This document shows positions 12,501-27,054 of a stretch of DNA of 64,000 nucleotides, piece by piece. The DNA comes from Octopus vulgaris (lineage: Eukaryota). The notes below the pieces were generated by a model that saw nothing but the letters and a program-made list of their open reading frames with translations, was not told the origin of the DNA and made no database searches. The position numbers were made by a program, and so were the translations under genes. The stretch spans positions 100,564,001 through 100,628,000 of the forward strand of contig OX597822.1 of assembly GCA_951406725.2 (NCBI GenBank), written 5' to 3'. The stretch's first letter is position 1. Each line of letters starts with the position of its first letter.

Positions 12501-14576
12501 TTGTTGTTGTTGTTATTTGGATAGCTGTGGTCCTATGGGTTGTTTTGAGATTTCGGTTCATGAGATTTTCGGTTCATTAATGAAAGGCTTTTAACAGCGA
12601 ATGCGTTTAAGGTGCCAAAGCTCATACACCTTAACATTAAAGACTCGTTTGTGTTTCTAAGCACTGATGTACTTGCACAGGTTGTTTATGCATTTGAGAT
12701 TTCACTTTATGAGATTCGAGAAAATTTATTGCGGAGTAACAAGCTTTCAATGTAGGCAAGTCGATTAAGACGGATTCATATCCATAACCCTTTACAGCTT
12801 TTGAAAAGTCAAACGCACAACAAGAACACTTTCAAATACCATTAAAAATGCTTCACATAAAATTATGATGGAACGAAGAGAATCAAAGACAGCATGAGTT
12901 GTAAAAGAAAAAAGATCAAGCATCGTTTGTTGTTCTTTCTGTTTTGAAGATCTTGAGATGACAGTTTTATTTCGTGTTTTTGTGTAATAAATATATAAAT
13001 AACTATTTTGGATAGTCGTTCAGACGGCAGTTAAATTATTTGAAATAAACCTTTCAAGATTGAAATAAACTTCTATTGTTATCAATCTCTTAAAAAAGCC
13101 AACTAGTTTTATCCAGTACATACCTGTTTGAGCTTGTTCTCTTTTTATTAATCTTGAAATAAGTGAAAATTACGAAATAGATTCTATTCTATAGTAAAAT
13201 TTATTGGCGAGGATGCGGCACTTGAACTTACTTATTACTATCATTAACTTCTTTGTTTTGTGTGTGTGTGTGTATGTGTTTGCTAAAACTACTTGTGTCA
13301 ATATATTTTTTTTATTCAACACCAGATCAAGAATGAGGAAAAGAGAATCATGGGTGTGGAGTAATAAAACTGACGAGGTGTTTTAAGTACAACATTGATT
13401 ACTCACATTTTCTTAATGCTAAAAAATCACGTCATTTTTGTCTCCTGATAACCTATCTAAATTAAGCCTATACAAAAAGGAGAAATATAACACCTCTAAG
13501 AAGATAAAAAGAGAATTTTAACCAATGGGAAAAAAGCCGAAACAAAATATTGTGAGCCAATTAATTTAGAGTTCGGCTCGACGCAGTTTCATATTTCATT
13601 TCCGTTTACCAAATCCACTCACAAGGCTCTAGTCGATTCCAGGCTGTAGTAGAAAACACTTGCCCAATGTGTCACGCAGTCGGACTGAACGCGGAACCAT
13701 GTGGTTGGTAAGCAAGTTACTTACCACACACCCATTCCTGCGCTTGGTTTATTCGGGTAGTAAAGGTGCGTGGCTTAGTGATTAAGATAATCGGCTCACG
13801 TGAGCTCAATTCCCGGCGACGCGTTGTGTCCTTCAGCAAGACACTTTATTTCACGTTACTTCACTCCATGCAGCTGGCAAAAGTGAGTTGTACCTTTATT
13901 TCAAAGGGCCAAGTCCAGTTTGTGCCAGTTCTAGTTTGTGCTTTCTCAGAATACTCAGACCCGTTTTTTTTCATCTATATTTTCCCGGATTGATTCAGTT
14001 TCATCATCAATCTCGCAGTTATGTGAACCTAAAATACCTAAAACCAAAAATCGACGATTAAGATCAATGCATTATATTGGTATTGGCTGGAGTTAAATAT
14101 CGCAATATAACAAAACAAGTCAGGTTCGAATGATTCTGGTGGCTGTCAAGGAAACTATTCAAGTACCTAAATTTCAAACCAAATAACTGATTAGAAATCT
14201 TCTGACACTTAAGATAAACGTGTTTTAATCAATTGATACTCGATTCCTTTATCTTACAAGTTGTAGACATTATAAATCTCTTTCAATTAGTTCTTTGAAA
14301 TTAGATATCATGTCGATTAAGAAGGAAGTATTGTATATATCTACGTGGCCAAGAGACATATATTCCAGAAATCCGATTAATAGCCATTGCTGTATTCTCT
14401 TTATGCAACTTTCAAAGACAATGTAATATATATACTCACATATGTACGCGCGTACATTCTTTCTCTTGTTTATTTTCTCTTATCCTTTTCTGTCGAAGAG
14501 CGGAGGCTCGAAACGCAAAAGACTTTTCCATTTTTCCCGTGCGTCATGCTAATACACGTGCTTGTTGTTCCTCCAC

Positions 14577-14697
<121 letters not shown>

Positions 14698-14863
14698 CAC
14701 ATACATACATACATACATGCTGTGTGTATTTCTGCTGATTGGTTAAATCCCTGAGTAAATTCAGAGTAGCTAGTCTTAGAGTATTTAGCAAAGTGACGCA
14801 GAACAAAGGTAAGGTTCTGTGCTGTGGTTTCAATCCCAGTCAAAACTGTTTCCTTTCACTTCA

Positions 14864-15130
14864 TCTCTCTCTAAATAAAGCTGAAGTTGTCTGTGTATGG
14901 CAGGTTTGGTAGCCTTCAACTAACACTATCTCCTCCGAGACCCTGCGGCGCAAGTTGACCAAAATTGAAAATATGATAGAAGAAGGCTTGCTCTTCCTTC
15001 CGTAGAAGAAAAAATTCAATTCGGACCATGTTAACACCAAAAATTATTATAATGCAAAATGTTTACTTTTCAAAAATTTCAATTCTAAAGGGTCGAAACA
15101 AACCCGAGCAACGCCGGGCGATACTGCTAG
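14864..15130 (+). mobile_element. Non-autonomous Helitron (267 bp)
   Basis: Starts a|TC and ends CTAG|t (inserted between A and T). Sub-terminal hairpin CCCG-agcaacgc-CGGG lies just before the CTAG end. Confidence 0.8.
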
Positions 15131-16591
15131 TTTAGGATATTTGAAAGACATACAATATTTACTTGGTATTGTCCCTCTCTTAAAAAGAAGCCCATTCACC
15201 TTTACACACAATATACATATATTTTCTCTTCCCTACATTTCGTCGAATTCAGCAGTATCTGCTATAATACATTATGATTAATTCAATCCATATACACCTT
15301 TCCTTAAAAATATGTGGCCTGGGGCCAGTGTAGAAAATCACTATTTTCTTGATGGATTTTTCAGCATTAGAATATTCTTGTAGTGTCTTATTTTTCTTAA
15401 CCTTTTTCTTTATAACCTCAGCTACTTCCCACCTCCATTTTAGAAGGAGAGAGACAGAGTGAGAGAGAGAGAAGAATTCTGTGTAATGTCCATCTTGTAG
15501 TATTTTCGATGTTAATTTTTTTGATTTCACGATCAATTTGTATTTCATAACGAACGCCTACAAATTGGTATGGGAGGTGGGGTAACAACTCACTATGTAT
15601 TTATTATAATAAAACAATTCACTACCACGATTTCAGCTTTATGATTTACTTTCTACTTTATTTTCAATCTCCTTATCCGTAAAACACACACATAGACATA
15701 CACACACGCGTCCATATACATATACACACACGTCCATACACACACGTCCATACACACACAAATACATATGCACGCACGTAAAAGACTTTTTTTAGATTGC
15801 AAATATCTTCTCTGCAGTAGTTTATGGCGTAAGATTATTGTTTTGTTTCAATAAAAAAAAAGTCGGTTGATTTGCCCCTTCATTTCATCCAATCATTTCC
15901 TCCTTTGATAACTTTAGGTTACAGCATTCAATTTATTATTTTTATTATTATTATTATTATCGTTGTTGTATTTTAAATATCGAGCAACTATCTTTTTTTT
16001 ATATTTCTTTCTTGATGTTGCTCGCTCATTCCGTCGCTTCATTGGCTGTTCACTAAGAAATTACAAACGAATAAAACCAATAATCGAATCCTTCTTTAGC
16101 AAATATTAATCAATGAGACATTCGTTCCAAATAAGTTCGATATAGCCGATAGTGATTGCTTTAAAGGTTTGCTGATCTAATAATGCAACAGCTTGATATA
16201 TCTCGTGGAAAACAAGTCGTTAAGCCGGTTGCTCTTTCTTAGCCGTACTTTCGTTTTTAGAAGGGATAACACGTCATGAAACTTACGAAGTGAACATATT
16301 GATTTCTTAAGACTAAATGTAAACCATCTCTCTTGACAAAGAAGAGGAAATGAGGTGTGGTGACGTTCATACATAATCTCTAGGGAATTAACGACATAAA
16401 CAAAGAGGAAATTTTTGGTCTATTTTATATAATAATAAAATAATAATTTGAATAGTAGAGTATTTCCTTTTTTTTTCTTTATTTTTTTAATAAATTCTCA
16501 ATGTCTCCGGTTTTGTATTTCGACATCCTTAAACTATTGATTTAGCCTTGGTAAACATGAGAATTGTTTCAATGACTAAAAGATTGCTGAA

Positions 16592-16628
<37 letters not shown>

Positions 16629-16967
16629 AAGTAGAAATGGGTCAACTTGTCCTTACTTGCCTTCAAGGAATTCATTCTCCTATTATATTTATATATGTTA
16701 TAATCCTAGTTTTGTTTTCTTTTTATCTAAAAGCTGTCGTCAGGTCCGTCTTATACGAACAAATAAATCAGTGTTATTTCCTTTCTTTTCTCCAGAAATG
16801 TTCAGAAGCATTTTTACATCTACCGAATTTAGTTTTTCTTTATTATTATTCCTTTTCAGACATAGTGTGAAGGCAATTGGCTTGTTCTTATTCAAGTAAA
16901 AGCCCCAACCTGTTTAAAACGTTGTCACTTTGATTTAACAATTGTATCACATCAAAGCTTAGAATCA

Positions 16968-17020
<53 letters not shown>

Positions 17021-17048
17021 CAACAACAACAGTAATAGTAATAATAAT

Positions 17049-17172
17049 GGTCAAGACTTCTTCGCAGGGTTCTTGAAGAATGACCAGTAAACAAGTGTCA
17101 CCTTAGTCTGCTAGTTGTGGACAGCTTAACACTTTCCATCATACCCAGCAAAATAAGCTGAGTTTTCATCAC
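17049..17172 (+). mobile_element. 5'-truncated R4/Dong-like non-LTR element end inside a (TAA)n array
   Basis: Encodes SRLLRRVLEE* (similar to the C-terminal ILRxVL motif of these elements) plus a ~90 nt 3' UTR. Flanked on both sides by (AAT)n. Confidence 0.5.
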
Positions 17173-17219
<47 letters not shown>

Positions 17220-17768
17220 TATAATAAGGATTGGGGACCGCCTGTAAACATCGAAAATCTGTTCCCTTTAACGCTACTGTGAGCTCAACATCATTTGCAC
17301 ATCGTGGAGAATGTAACACCAACTTTGTCCAAACGACCTTCACACCAAGTTTATACGTCATCCAAAGTTTAGCCCCTGTCCCATAGGCCCACCAAGAAAG
17401 AGGTTTGGGAATTGGAAGAAAAGTTAAGTCTTCGAAGTAGATGCCTCGCGGTGTTTGTTCTGGTTATCTGGTTGAGAAGGGGGAAGGATACAGACTGGGA
17501 ATGGTGCTTTGCGAATAGACGAATGAGATTTCAACGAAAGGCAAGTTCGATTTAGTTTGTTTTGAGCAATATTTTGAAGTCAGTTGACAAATCTCTATAG
17601 ATTTGGAATCTTCTACTAGTCATCTTTGAACGGTTGATCTCACAGACAACAAGTGCTATCTCTTGGGTGACAAGAACTAGCAACCATGACATGAAATTAT
17701 GCCAAAACCATTTGGTGGCTGCCAAGAAAGTCTCTATATTCCTGTTTCAGTTTTTGCATTTATTATTA

Positions 17769-17829
<61 letters not shown>

Positions 17830-17849
17830 CATCATCATTATTATTATCA

Positions 17850-17891
<42 letters not shown>

Positions 17892-18016
17892 GCAGCAGCA
17901 GCAGCAGCAGCACCGATATCATTACCACCACCACTATTATCATTTTTGTTGATGTTGTTGTTGTTATTGTTCTTCTTCTTCTTCTTCTTCTTCTTCTTCT
18001 TCTTCTTCTTCTTCTT

Positions 18017-18072
<56 letters not shown>

Positions 18073-18831
18073 AAGCCAAACAAAAATATATTTAGAACTC
18101 CAATATCTTATAGATGCCGAACCCAAAAATTCTACACATGTATATTCATTCTAAACACAATTCCCAAATCAAATTATAAACTGCAGCAGAATCAAACACA
18201 AGAGTGTTTTCTTCTTTTTTTTTTTTTCTTTCTTGTTATTCTTTTCTTCTTTTTATGACAATTTTTCCCCCCTTCGCATAGATCATGACTTTAACTTAGT
18301 TACGGCAATAATCTGTATTTTAAGTTCGAGAGAAGCTCTTCCTTTCCTCCCCCCCCCCCCGCTAGCTCTATACATAATATATTATATATACATATATACA
18401 TACCATATATACATATATAAACATATATGTGTCTGTGTGCGTGTGTATACATACTTAAGATATATATATATATATATACACGTACACACATGATATATGT
18501 GTGTGTCTGTGTGTAATACAAACGATGAAATAGATTTTAAGATTTATGCTGCCAGCTAAAAAGAGGAGTTTCAACGTTTCGAGCCGATCCCTTCGTCGGA
18601 GAGAGGAAAAGCTAACTTGTTCTGAAGGATAACAAAATTGACTCAAAATTTATTCCGCTGTTTAAAATAATTGCTATTACTTTTTATCGATGCAAAAGTG
18701 CAGCATCGTTATTTTCCTGGGACTCCACTTCTTTCTTTCTTTCTTTCTTTCTTTCTTTTTGTCTTTTTCTTTCTTTCTTTCTTTCTTTTTCTGTCTTTTT
18801 CTTTCTTTCTTTCTTTCTTTCTTTCTATCTT

Positions 18832-18963
<132 letters not shown>

Positions 18964-19010
18964 TTTCTGTCTTTCTCTTTGTTTCTTTCTTTTTCTGTCT
19001 TTCTCTTTTT

Positions 19011-19064
<54 letters not shown>

Positions 19065-19452
19065 TCCCCACTCTCTCTCTCTCTCTCTCTCTCTCCTTAT
19101 AGCGACTATATACTAAGCTTCTGTTTCGCTAAAGTGTAATAGGAGGCAGAAAGGAGACAGAAGAAGAACGAGAAGCAGCTACAGAAAGGATGAAAGGATG
19201 AAAGGGTGAAAGGCAGAGTTGTGCTAGTTGAATGAAGACCCCCGAATGAGAGAGGAAGGAATGAAACAGAGAGACAAACGACTGGAGAAAGGAAAGAGTA
19301 AAATAAAAAAAAAAGAAAAAGGAAATTGTGGATGAAAGTAAAATGAAGTAGGGGAGATTTGCACCTTGAGCAAGTTTATCTTTGATTTGTAGATTCAAAG
19401 TGTTCAATTTCAATAGATGAATAAGTATTTTGAAGAACGACAGAGTATACTT

Positions 19453-19796
19453 ATTTCTTTATTGCCCACAAGGGGCTAAACATAGAGGGGATAAACAAGG
19501 ACAGACAAAGAGATTAAGTCGATTACATCGACCCCAGTGCGTAACTGGTACTTAATTTATCGACCCCGAAAGGATGAAAGGCAAAAATCGACCTCAGCGG
19601 AATTTGAAAAAATGCTATATATGTGTTTCTTTATTACCCACAAGGGGCTAAACATAGAGGGGACAAACAAAGACAGACAAAGGGATTAAGTCAATTACAT
19701 CGAGTGCGTAACTGGTACTTTATTTATCGACCCCGAAAGGAAGAAAGGCAAAGTCGACCTCGGCGGAATTTGAACTCACAACGTAAAGGCAGACGA
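19453..19796 (-). mobile_element. Two tandem partial family B SINEs
   Basis: TTTCTTTATT(G/A)CCCACAAGGGGCTAAAC starts at ~19454 and again at ~19626. Confidence 0.85.
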
Positions 19797-19835
19797 TCCT
19801 GGCTCGGCGTTGATGTGTTACTAAAGTACAAGTCC

Positions 19836-19870
<35 letters not shown>

Positions 19871-20036
19871 AGTTGGCGTAATGTACCTGTTTTTACTTAA
19901 AATCTATCATTAAATAAAGTGAATGCCTTGAAATGACTTCAATCAGGAAATGAAACTGCGTCGCAATCTCTGCTTGTTTGGGATGGCTTACACTCCTTTC
20001 TCTCTCTCTTCCTATCTCTTGCTCTCCTTCCCTTTC

Positions 20037-20086
<50 letters not shown>

Positions 20087-20531
20087 GTTCTCTCCCTCTC
20101 TGTCTCTTTATCTTCTGAACACCACCACCATATCACTACTATCTCATATCGAGTACTCATTCCATACTGCTCACGTCAGATCATGTAGCCATTTGACGCC
20201 GTTGTTTTGTCGAGAACACTTAAACTCACACTGATTTTTTTTTTTTTGAAGAGTGAATGTTATTTAGTGGGGCATGCATATAAGGAATGATTCAGCGAAA
20301 TGTACGTGAATTCAGACATACGTACATATATACATTGTAGTTGTAACATCATTTATATATCTATTGGTATGTATGAGAGTGTTTATGTTTATATATGTAT
20401 AAGTGCATGCATGTATTTATATGTATGTATGTATATATGTATGTACGTGTGTGTATGTTTGTACATATAGGGGATATATATGTATGTATATATATATACA
20501 TATATATGCTTGTATATGTACATTGTATGTA

Positions 20532-20574
<43 letters not shown>

Positions 20575-20683
20575 GATAGATAGATTGATTCATACATACA
20601 TACATATATACGTAGGGACTGCGCTTGATGTGTCGAAACAATTGTCGTGATTAATAAAAATTCTCGTATCTCCGTCGTTCATT

Positions 20684-20751
<68 letters not shown>

Positions 20752-20796
20752 CTTTTTTCCTCTGTCTTCCCTTCTCTGGATCTTTCCTTCTCTTAT

Positions 20797-20831
20797 GTTT
20801 CCGACGAAGAGCTCCGCTCGAAACGTTAAAC
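20797..20831 (+). ncRNA. Minimal hammerhead-like motif in a Penelope-like repeat remnant (~20745-20930)
   Basis: GTTT-CCGACGAA-GAGC tcc GCTC-GAAA-CG-TT-AAAC: stems I and II intact, palindromic ACGT at stem III, core U4 replaced by C. Related copy at 18569-18603 (-). Confidence 0.55.
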
Positions 20832-21079
20832 CCTCCTTCTTTCCTGAGCGTCCAATAATACTATATTTGTTCCACGTCCTCGCGTTGTTGTGTTTTTTTG
20901 TGCTTTCTTGTTTGGATTAACTTTATAGGTGTATATATATATATAATATACATACATACATACATACATACATACATACATACATACATACATACATACA
21001 TACATACATACATGCAAAGTATGAGGGTTTAGTTCACAGGTGACCTAAACGATTAGGTACGCTAGGTAAGTGCTGTAAC

Positions 21080-21249
21080 ATCTGGCCACCTAACTCGCCA
21101 GACTGCAAACCCTTTGATTATTATGTGTATGGCGCAGGATTATGGAAACATTGACCAACTTAAACAACGAAACCGTCCAGAAGAGTTGCAAGAGATTCCC
21201 AAATCATCTGGAAACCGTAGTTGAAACCAATGGCGATTTTATTGAATGA
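21080..21249 (+). pseudogene. Tc1/mariner transposase C-terminal remnant with internal deletion
   Basis: Encodes IWPPNSPDCKPFDYYVYG (the WPxxSPDLNPLD motif) and then CKRFPNHLETVVETNGDFIE*, a typical transposase C-terminus. Confidence 0.8.
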
Positions 21250-22656
21250 ATTTACTCTTAAGTATTTACTCTTTTACTCTTTTACTTGTTTCAGTCATTT
21301 GACTGCGGCCATGCTGGAGCACCGCCTTTAGTCGAGCAAATCGACCCCGGGACTTATTCTTTGTAAGCCCAGTACTTATTCTATCGGTCTCTTTTGCCGA
21401 ACCGCATATTTAACAATAACAACAACAACGACGACGACAACAACAATACCATGCTCCAGCATGGCCACAGTCAAATGACTGAAACAAGGAAAAGAATAAA
21501 CAGAATATTCAACCACGCATACACACATACATACATACATACATACATACATACATACATGCATGCATGCATGCATGCATGCATGCATACATACATACAT
21601 ACATACATACATACATACATACATACATACATACATACATACATACATACATACATACATACATACATACATACATGCATGCATACATACATTCATGCAT
21701 ACACACATACATACATACATACATGCATACATACATACATACATACATACATACATACATACATACATACATACATACATACATACATACATACATACAT
21801 CCGTGTTTAACAATCCTCAGAAATAATGAAACACTGTCGAAAGATGTGCAATGACACGTGATCACAAAACATTTCTATAAATGGACACACACTAAAACAC
21901 TGGTATTCCTGAAGACACCACTGGCAAATACATATTAACACGCCTGGTTACACACGATTAATTTGCAACATAGAAAGCCTCGAAGAAGTTACCGTCACAA
22001 CGCTTATATGTACAAATACGCATGCGCCTGCACTCATACACACTCAACATTTATTTTCTCTTTTCCCCTCTGTCTCTTTCCTCTCACTTTTCTCTCTCTC
22101 ATTTCCTCTCTTTTACACTCATATCGAAAATCGAAAGCCAGCATTACATTAAACATTTTAAGTCTGTCGGTTTCGAGTAATGTTCAGTTATTTTTATTGT
22201 CAGATTCGCCGCGAAAGCGATTGAAGCTATCATTTGATTCCAACGAGTGGCTTCTCACTCTAATGGGATAATCTCTTGTGGCTGTCAGTTCACAGGATGC
22301 ACGACTGCTGTGTAAACGATCTGGATTTAATTTCAGGCACGGCACCATTTCATTACAGAGTTTCTCTCTGTTATGAAAGAAAGAATTATATTAAAATCTA
22401 CATTCCTTAGCATCCATCTAATTGTTCTGTTGATAGGGAAATAAAATTACTCTCTAGTCTTCTTCTCCCTTATACACTTTTATACGAAACAACCGCGATA
22501 TATTAAAACAGAAGTGGGCAAACTGCTGCCCGTGGGACTTTCTGAATGGCACGCCAACGAAAACTTATTTTGAATTTTTTATTGGCGATCCTTCGGTATA
22601 GGTACACACGTGACTGTTTACATTTCTGAAGATAACAGAAACCCTTTTCTCCCACC

Positions 22657-22675
22657 CCTAACCCTAACCCTAACC
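22657..22675 (-). repeat. Three interstitial (TTAGGG) units
   Basis: CCCTAACCCTAACCCTAAC on the plus strand. Confidence 0.8.
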
Positions 22676-22974
22676 TCCCATATATAAAAAAAAAAAACAC
22701 TTTCTTGAAATGTATCCGGTACTTCCAGTACTTACACTGGTACTTATACCGAAGTTACGCCTTTTTATTTAGTAGTGCGGTCCGCCTGATGACCAACCAT
22801 GGCTCGTGCGTTACGTTTTCCGTGATTTGTTTAGTTTAGCTGGTCAGCAGTTCCGGGTCTACGTTCAGGCTTGGACCTCAAACATTTAGAAGACTTCCTT
22901 TGCCATGGCCTTCACAAGTGGAATAGCTTTGGGCTTCTATTCATCTAAATCCGGTATACAAGCCCAGTTTCAAA

Positions 22975-23462
22975 ATAATCCTCGACTCTAACTTGGTAGA
23001 CTCCCATAAGTTTACCCGCCATCTTTCCAACAACATCGACAGCAACAGCTTTTGCCTCCATTTTGAATTCAATACCTCTGCTACTCGTGGACATGCCTAT
23101 AAAATCAAACAACAGCGCAGCATTCATAATTCATAGTTGATTCACGCTAGGTATTGATTAAGTATAAAATAAACGATTCACATTTGGTTTTTGCTCTCAG
23201 GATAATGCATTCTTCAAAAATTTTATGCTTTCCTAAATTCGCTAACACTGCCCCTGGCATACCTGTATACCTTTTCCCTCAAGTGTACTTATACACTCTA
23301 ACCTCTTTATTACTCTTTTAGTGTTCACCTGTAATAATCTGCATGTACTTGTGGCTTTTATTATTGTCTTCACTTGACTTATACGTCGACTCTCTGTTCC
23401 CCCTTTTTAACCTATTCCGACGTGTTATAGTGCACTATATACAATAAGCGCATTATCGTTAT
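22975..23462 (+). mobile_element. 3' remnant of a CR1/L2-group LINE
   Basis: Peptide NLVDSHKFTRHL...FEFNTSATRGHAYKIKQQ resembles the ORF2 C-terminal TRGHxxKL motif, followed by a UTR-like tail. Confidence 0.55.
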
Positions 23463-23951
23463 AGCTACTTTGGGGTTTGATCCTACTAGCTAACTCCTTC
23501 AACAAGTGTCTCCGTTTGTTAACCTCGACTCAAACCAAGCCTTATGAGTGATGTTAGGTGGTTAGAAACCGCAAATGACGGTAGATAGATTTTGACTAAG
23601 ACTTGAGTGTTCAGAGAATTTGGCAGTATTTGTTCCCACACACTGCATTCTGCGTTCAACTTTGTCTTTTCAGTTAGGACATAGCACCCTCGTTGGATAA
23701 GAATCCAGACTATTTCCCCTATGACTCGTTATTTATTCTCATTAAATAGTTGCTTGTATGGAGTACCCTAAAGACCGAAGTTAGTGCATAACTTTCATGC
23801 ATACGTGAATGTGTATTAGAATGTATGTATGTATGTATGTATGCATTTAAACGTACATACACACTTCGATTAACTCTTAATGATACAGAACTAAATAATT
23901 TGGCAATACATACGTACATACATGCACACTCACGCGCATATATTTATACGC

Positions 23952-23982
<31 letters not shown>

Positions 23983-24286
23983 CATACATACATACATACA
24001 TACATACATACATACATACATACTAAATGCTTAAGTGACAATCTGCAAAAACTGGGGTCTCCAGGAAAAGAAACCAACCAGCTAATAGGCACATTGCGAA
24101 TCTGTTCTGTATAAGTGGAACAAGAAAGATATGCAAGACTTTTTTTCGAATTTAAAATATGATTTGTTTTTATTATCTACATTCCAACGATGGAGCTTTT
24201 CATCTTTGTTAGAAACCAAGAGTACATACATACATACATACATACATACATACATACATACATACATACATACATACATACATACA

Positions 24287-24317
<31 letters not shown>

Positions 24318-24396
24318 TTGTTGATTTACTCCTAAATAATACTAACAGAACTGAACTAATTTCCATTGGCTCGCAGTTGTTGCAATAATTTTTTTA

Positions 24397-24955
24397 CATA
24401 AAGTAATGCTTAGTGGTATTTCGCCTGTCTTTACGTTCTGAGTTCAAATTCTGCCGAGGTCGACTTTGCCTTTCATCCTTTCGGGGACGATAAAATTAAG
24501 TACCAGTTACGCACTGGGGTCGATCTAATCGACTTAATCCGTTTGTCTGTCCTTGTTTGTCCCCTCTATGTTTCATAAAGTAATGCTTAGTGGTATTTCG
24601 CCTGTCTTTACGTTCTGAGTTCAAATTCCGCCGAGGTCGACCTTGCCTTTCATCCTTTCGGGGACGATAAAATTAAGTACCAGTTACGCACTGGGGTCGA
24701 TCTAATCGACTTAATCCGTTTGTCTGTTCTTGTTTGTCCCCTCTATGTTTAGCCCCTTGTGGGTAATAAAGAAACAGGTATTTCGCCTGTCTTTACGTTC
24801 TGAGTTCAAATTCTGCCGAGGTCGACTTTGCCTTTCATCCTTTCGGGATCGATAAAATTAAGTACCAGTTAGTTGCATACTGGGGTCGATCTAATCGACT
24901 GGCCTCTCCACCCCAGCAAAATTTCGGGCCTAGTGCCTTGAGTAGAAATGAATAT
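24397..24955 (+). mobile_element. Tandem triplet of family B SINEs
   Basis: Three GGTATTTCGCCTGTCTTTACGTTCTGAGTTCAAATT units at ~24415, ~24592 and ~24777. Confidence 0.9.
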
Positions 24956-25267
24956 TTACACATAAAAATGCAAACTTGCTAAATAACATCACAGTCATGT
25001 CACATCACACGTAAAAAAACAAAAAAAAAACAAAATGACTGTATCTTTGCAGTTGTTGAATGAGATGTTGATTAAAATGATATAATTATTTTAAGATCTA
25101 ATTAACCGTTAATGTTATGATAATTAATTTAAAAAAGGAATATTCACGAAGAGGCAATGTCTTCGGAAAGAGCGCTATGCGTTATTAATGCTAAACGAGT
25201 ACGCGTACATATATGTATGTATGTTATATGTGTACGCCTCTGTGTGTGTGTGTGGTGTGTATTTGTG

Positions 25268-25329
<62 letters not shown>

Positions 25330-25719
25330 GGAGGGTGTCCATGGAGATTTTCTTCTTTCTTCTCTAGAAAACAAATTTGCCAGTTTGCAAATTCCGGTTA
25401 GAGCTTTAGTTGTCGTAAATTTCCCACTAACCTACTTGTCATTTCTGAATTTCTGAAATTCTGTGCTTCTTAGTTTTCCACCTTTAACGAATATTTGATT
25501 CTACATCATGTAATAGCCCTACAAACATAAATTTTTCACTGATGTCGACTACAACTGTTTCGCTTGTATTCGTTCTGTGCATGTTTCAGTCAACCTTATG
25601 GCGAAATCGTCTCCGAGGTGACTAGCAGCCGATCCCTGCGCACAATAATTCCATTCACTCCCTCCATCTTTGCACAAATTATCCTGGCCGTGCATATTTA
25701 ACAACAACAACGACAACAA

Positions 25720-25811
<92 letters not shown>

Positions 25812-25899
25812 ATAACAAAATGAAACAATACATTTCTAAGAAAGACTATTAGTTGAAGCTTCATATCTCTCCATGTATGCATATATATATATGTATATG

Positions 25900-25931
<32 letters not shown>

Positions 25932-25963
25932 CTTATTTATATATATCATGCACCACATGAATG

Positions 25964-26013
<50 letters not shown>

Positions 26014-26014
26014 C

Positions 26015-26081
<67 letters not shown>

Positions 26082-26178
26082 GTATATACATCTATATATA
26101 TGTATGTTTATATATATATGTATATATATATGTATGTATATATATATATATATATGTATGTATATATATATATGTATG

Positions 26179-26211
<33 letters not shown>

Positions 26212-26254
26212 GTATGTATATATATATATGTATACATATATACATACATGTATG

Positions 26255-26296
<42 letters not shown>

Positions 26297-26313
26297 TGTA
26301 TGTATATGCATGC

Positions 26314-26346
<33 letters not shown>

Positions 26347-26843
26347 TGTATGTATGTATGTATGTATGTATGTATGTATGTATGTATGTATGTATGTATG
26401 TGGCTTGATCAAGGTCACAAATTATAGACTGCCGACTGTAAGAGGCGAGTGGAACTGATTACTATGGTCAGTAATAAGAGAAAGCCGGGTGAGTTTTGGA
26501 CCTACCAGATTTTATGAGATTAGTATGAGATTTCTAAGTGGAGATTATGTAATACGAGAGTGCGGCTAAATCTGTCTGTCCTCGCTCTGCAGTATTAAAT
26601 ATACGAAAAGTGCTTACGATCACGCAATACAACATGTGCTTATGCATCTCATCCTCTGTCTCATGCACGCGCGAGCACACACACGCACGTGCGCACGCAA
26701 TCATGCATATATATATATATATAAGTAAGCACTGAAGTGTGAACGAAGAAGAAACACTAGAGTACTCAATACTGAAAGTAGAGTCATATTTTGTATTTTA
26801 CTGGGAAACTGAAGCTTCGCAGATTTCTACTCCGAATTTCTCT

Positions 26844-27035
26844 GCGTGGCCGTATTTCGTCCGCCGTTACGTTCTGAGTTCAAATTCCTCTGAGGTCGAC
26901 TTTGCTTTTCATTCTTTCGGGGTAGATAAATTAAGTACCAGTTACGCACTGGGGTCGATGTAATCGACATAATCCCTCTGTCTGTCCTTGTTTGTTCCCT
27001 CTATGTTTATCCCCTTGTGGGCAATAAAGAAATAA
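26844..27035 (+). mobile_element. SINE family B, 5'-truncated
   Basis: Same central block and tail as 6667-6900. Confidence 0.85.
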
Positions 27036-27054
27036 GTGTGCATTTTCAAAACAT

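Noticed and set aside
22657-22675. Telomere or chromosome-fusion site
   Set aside because: Only three units, most likely part of an interspersed repeat.
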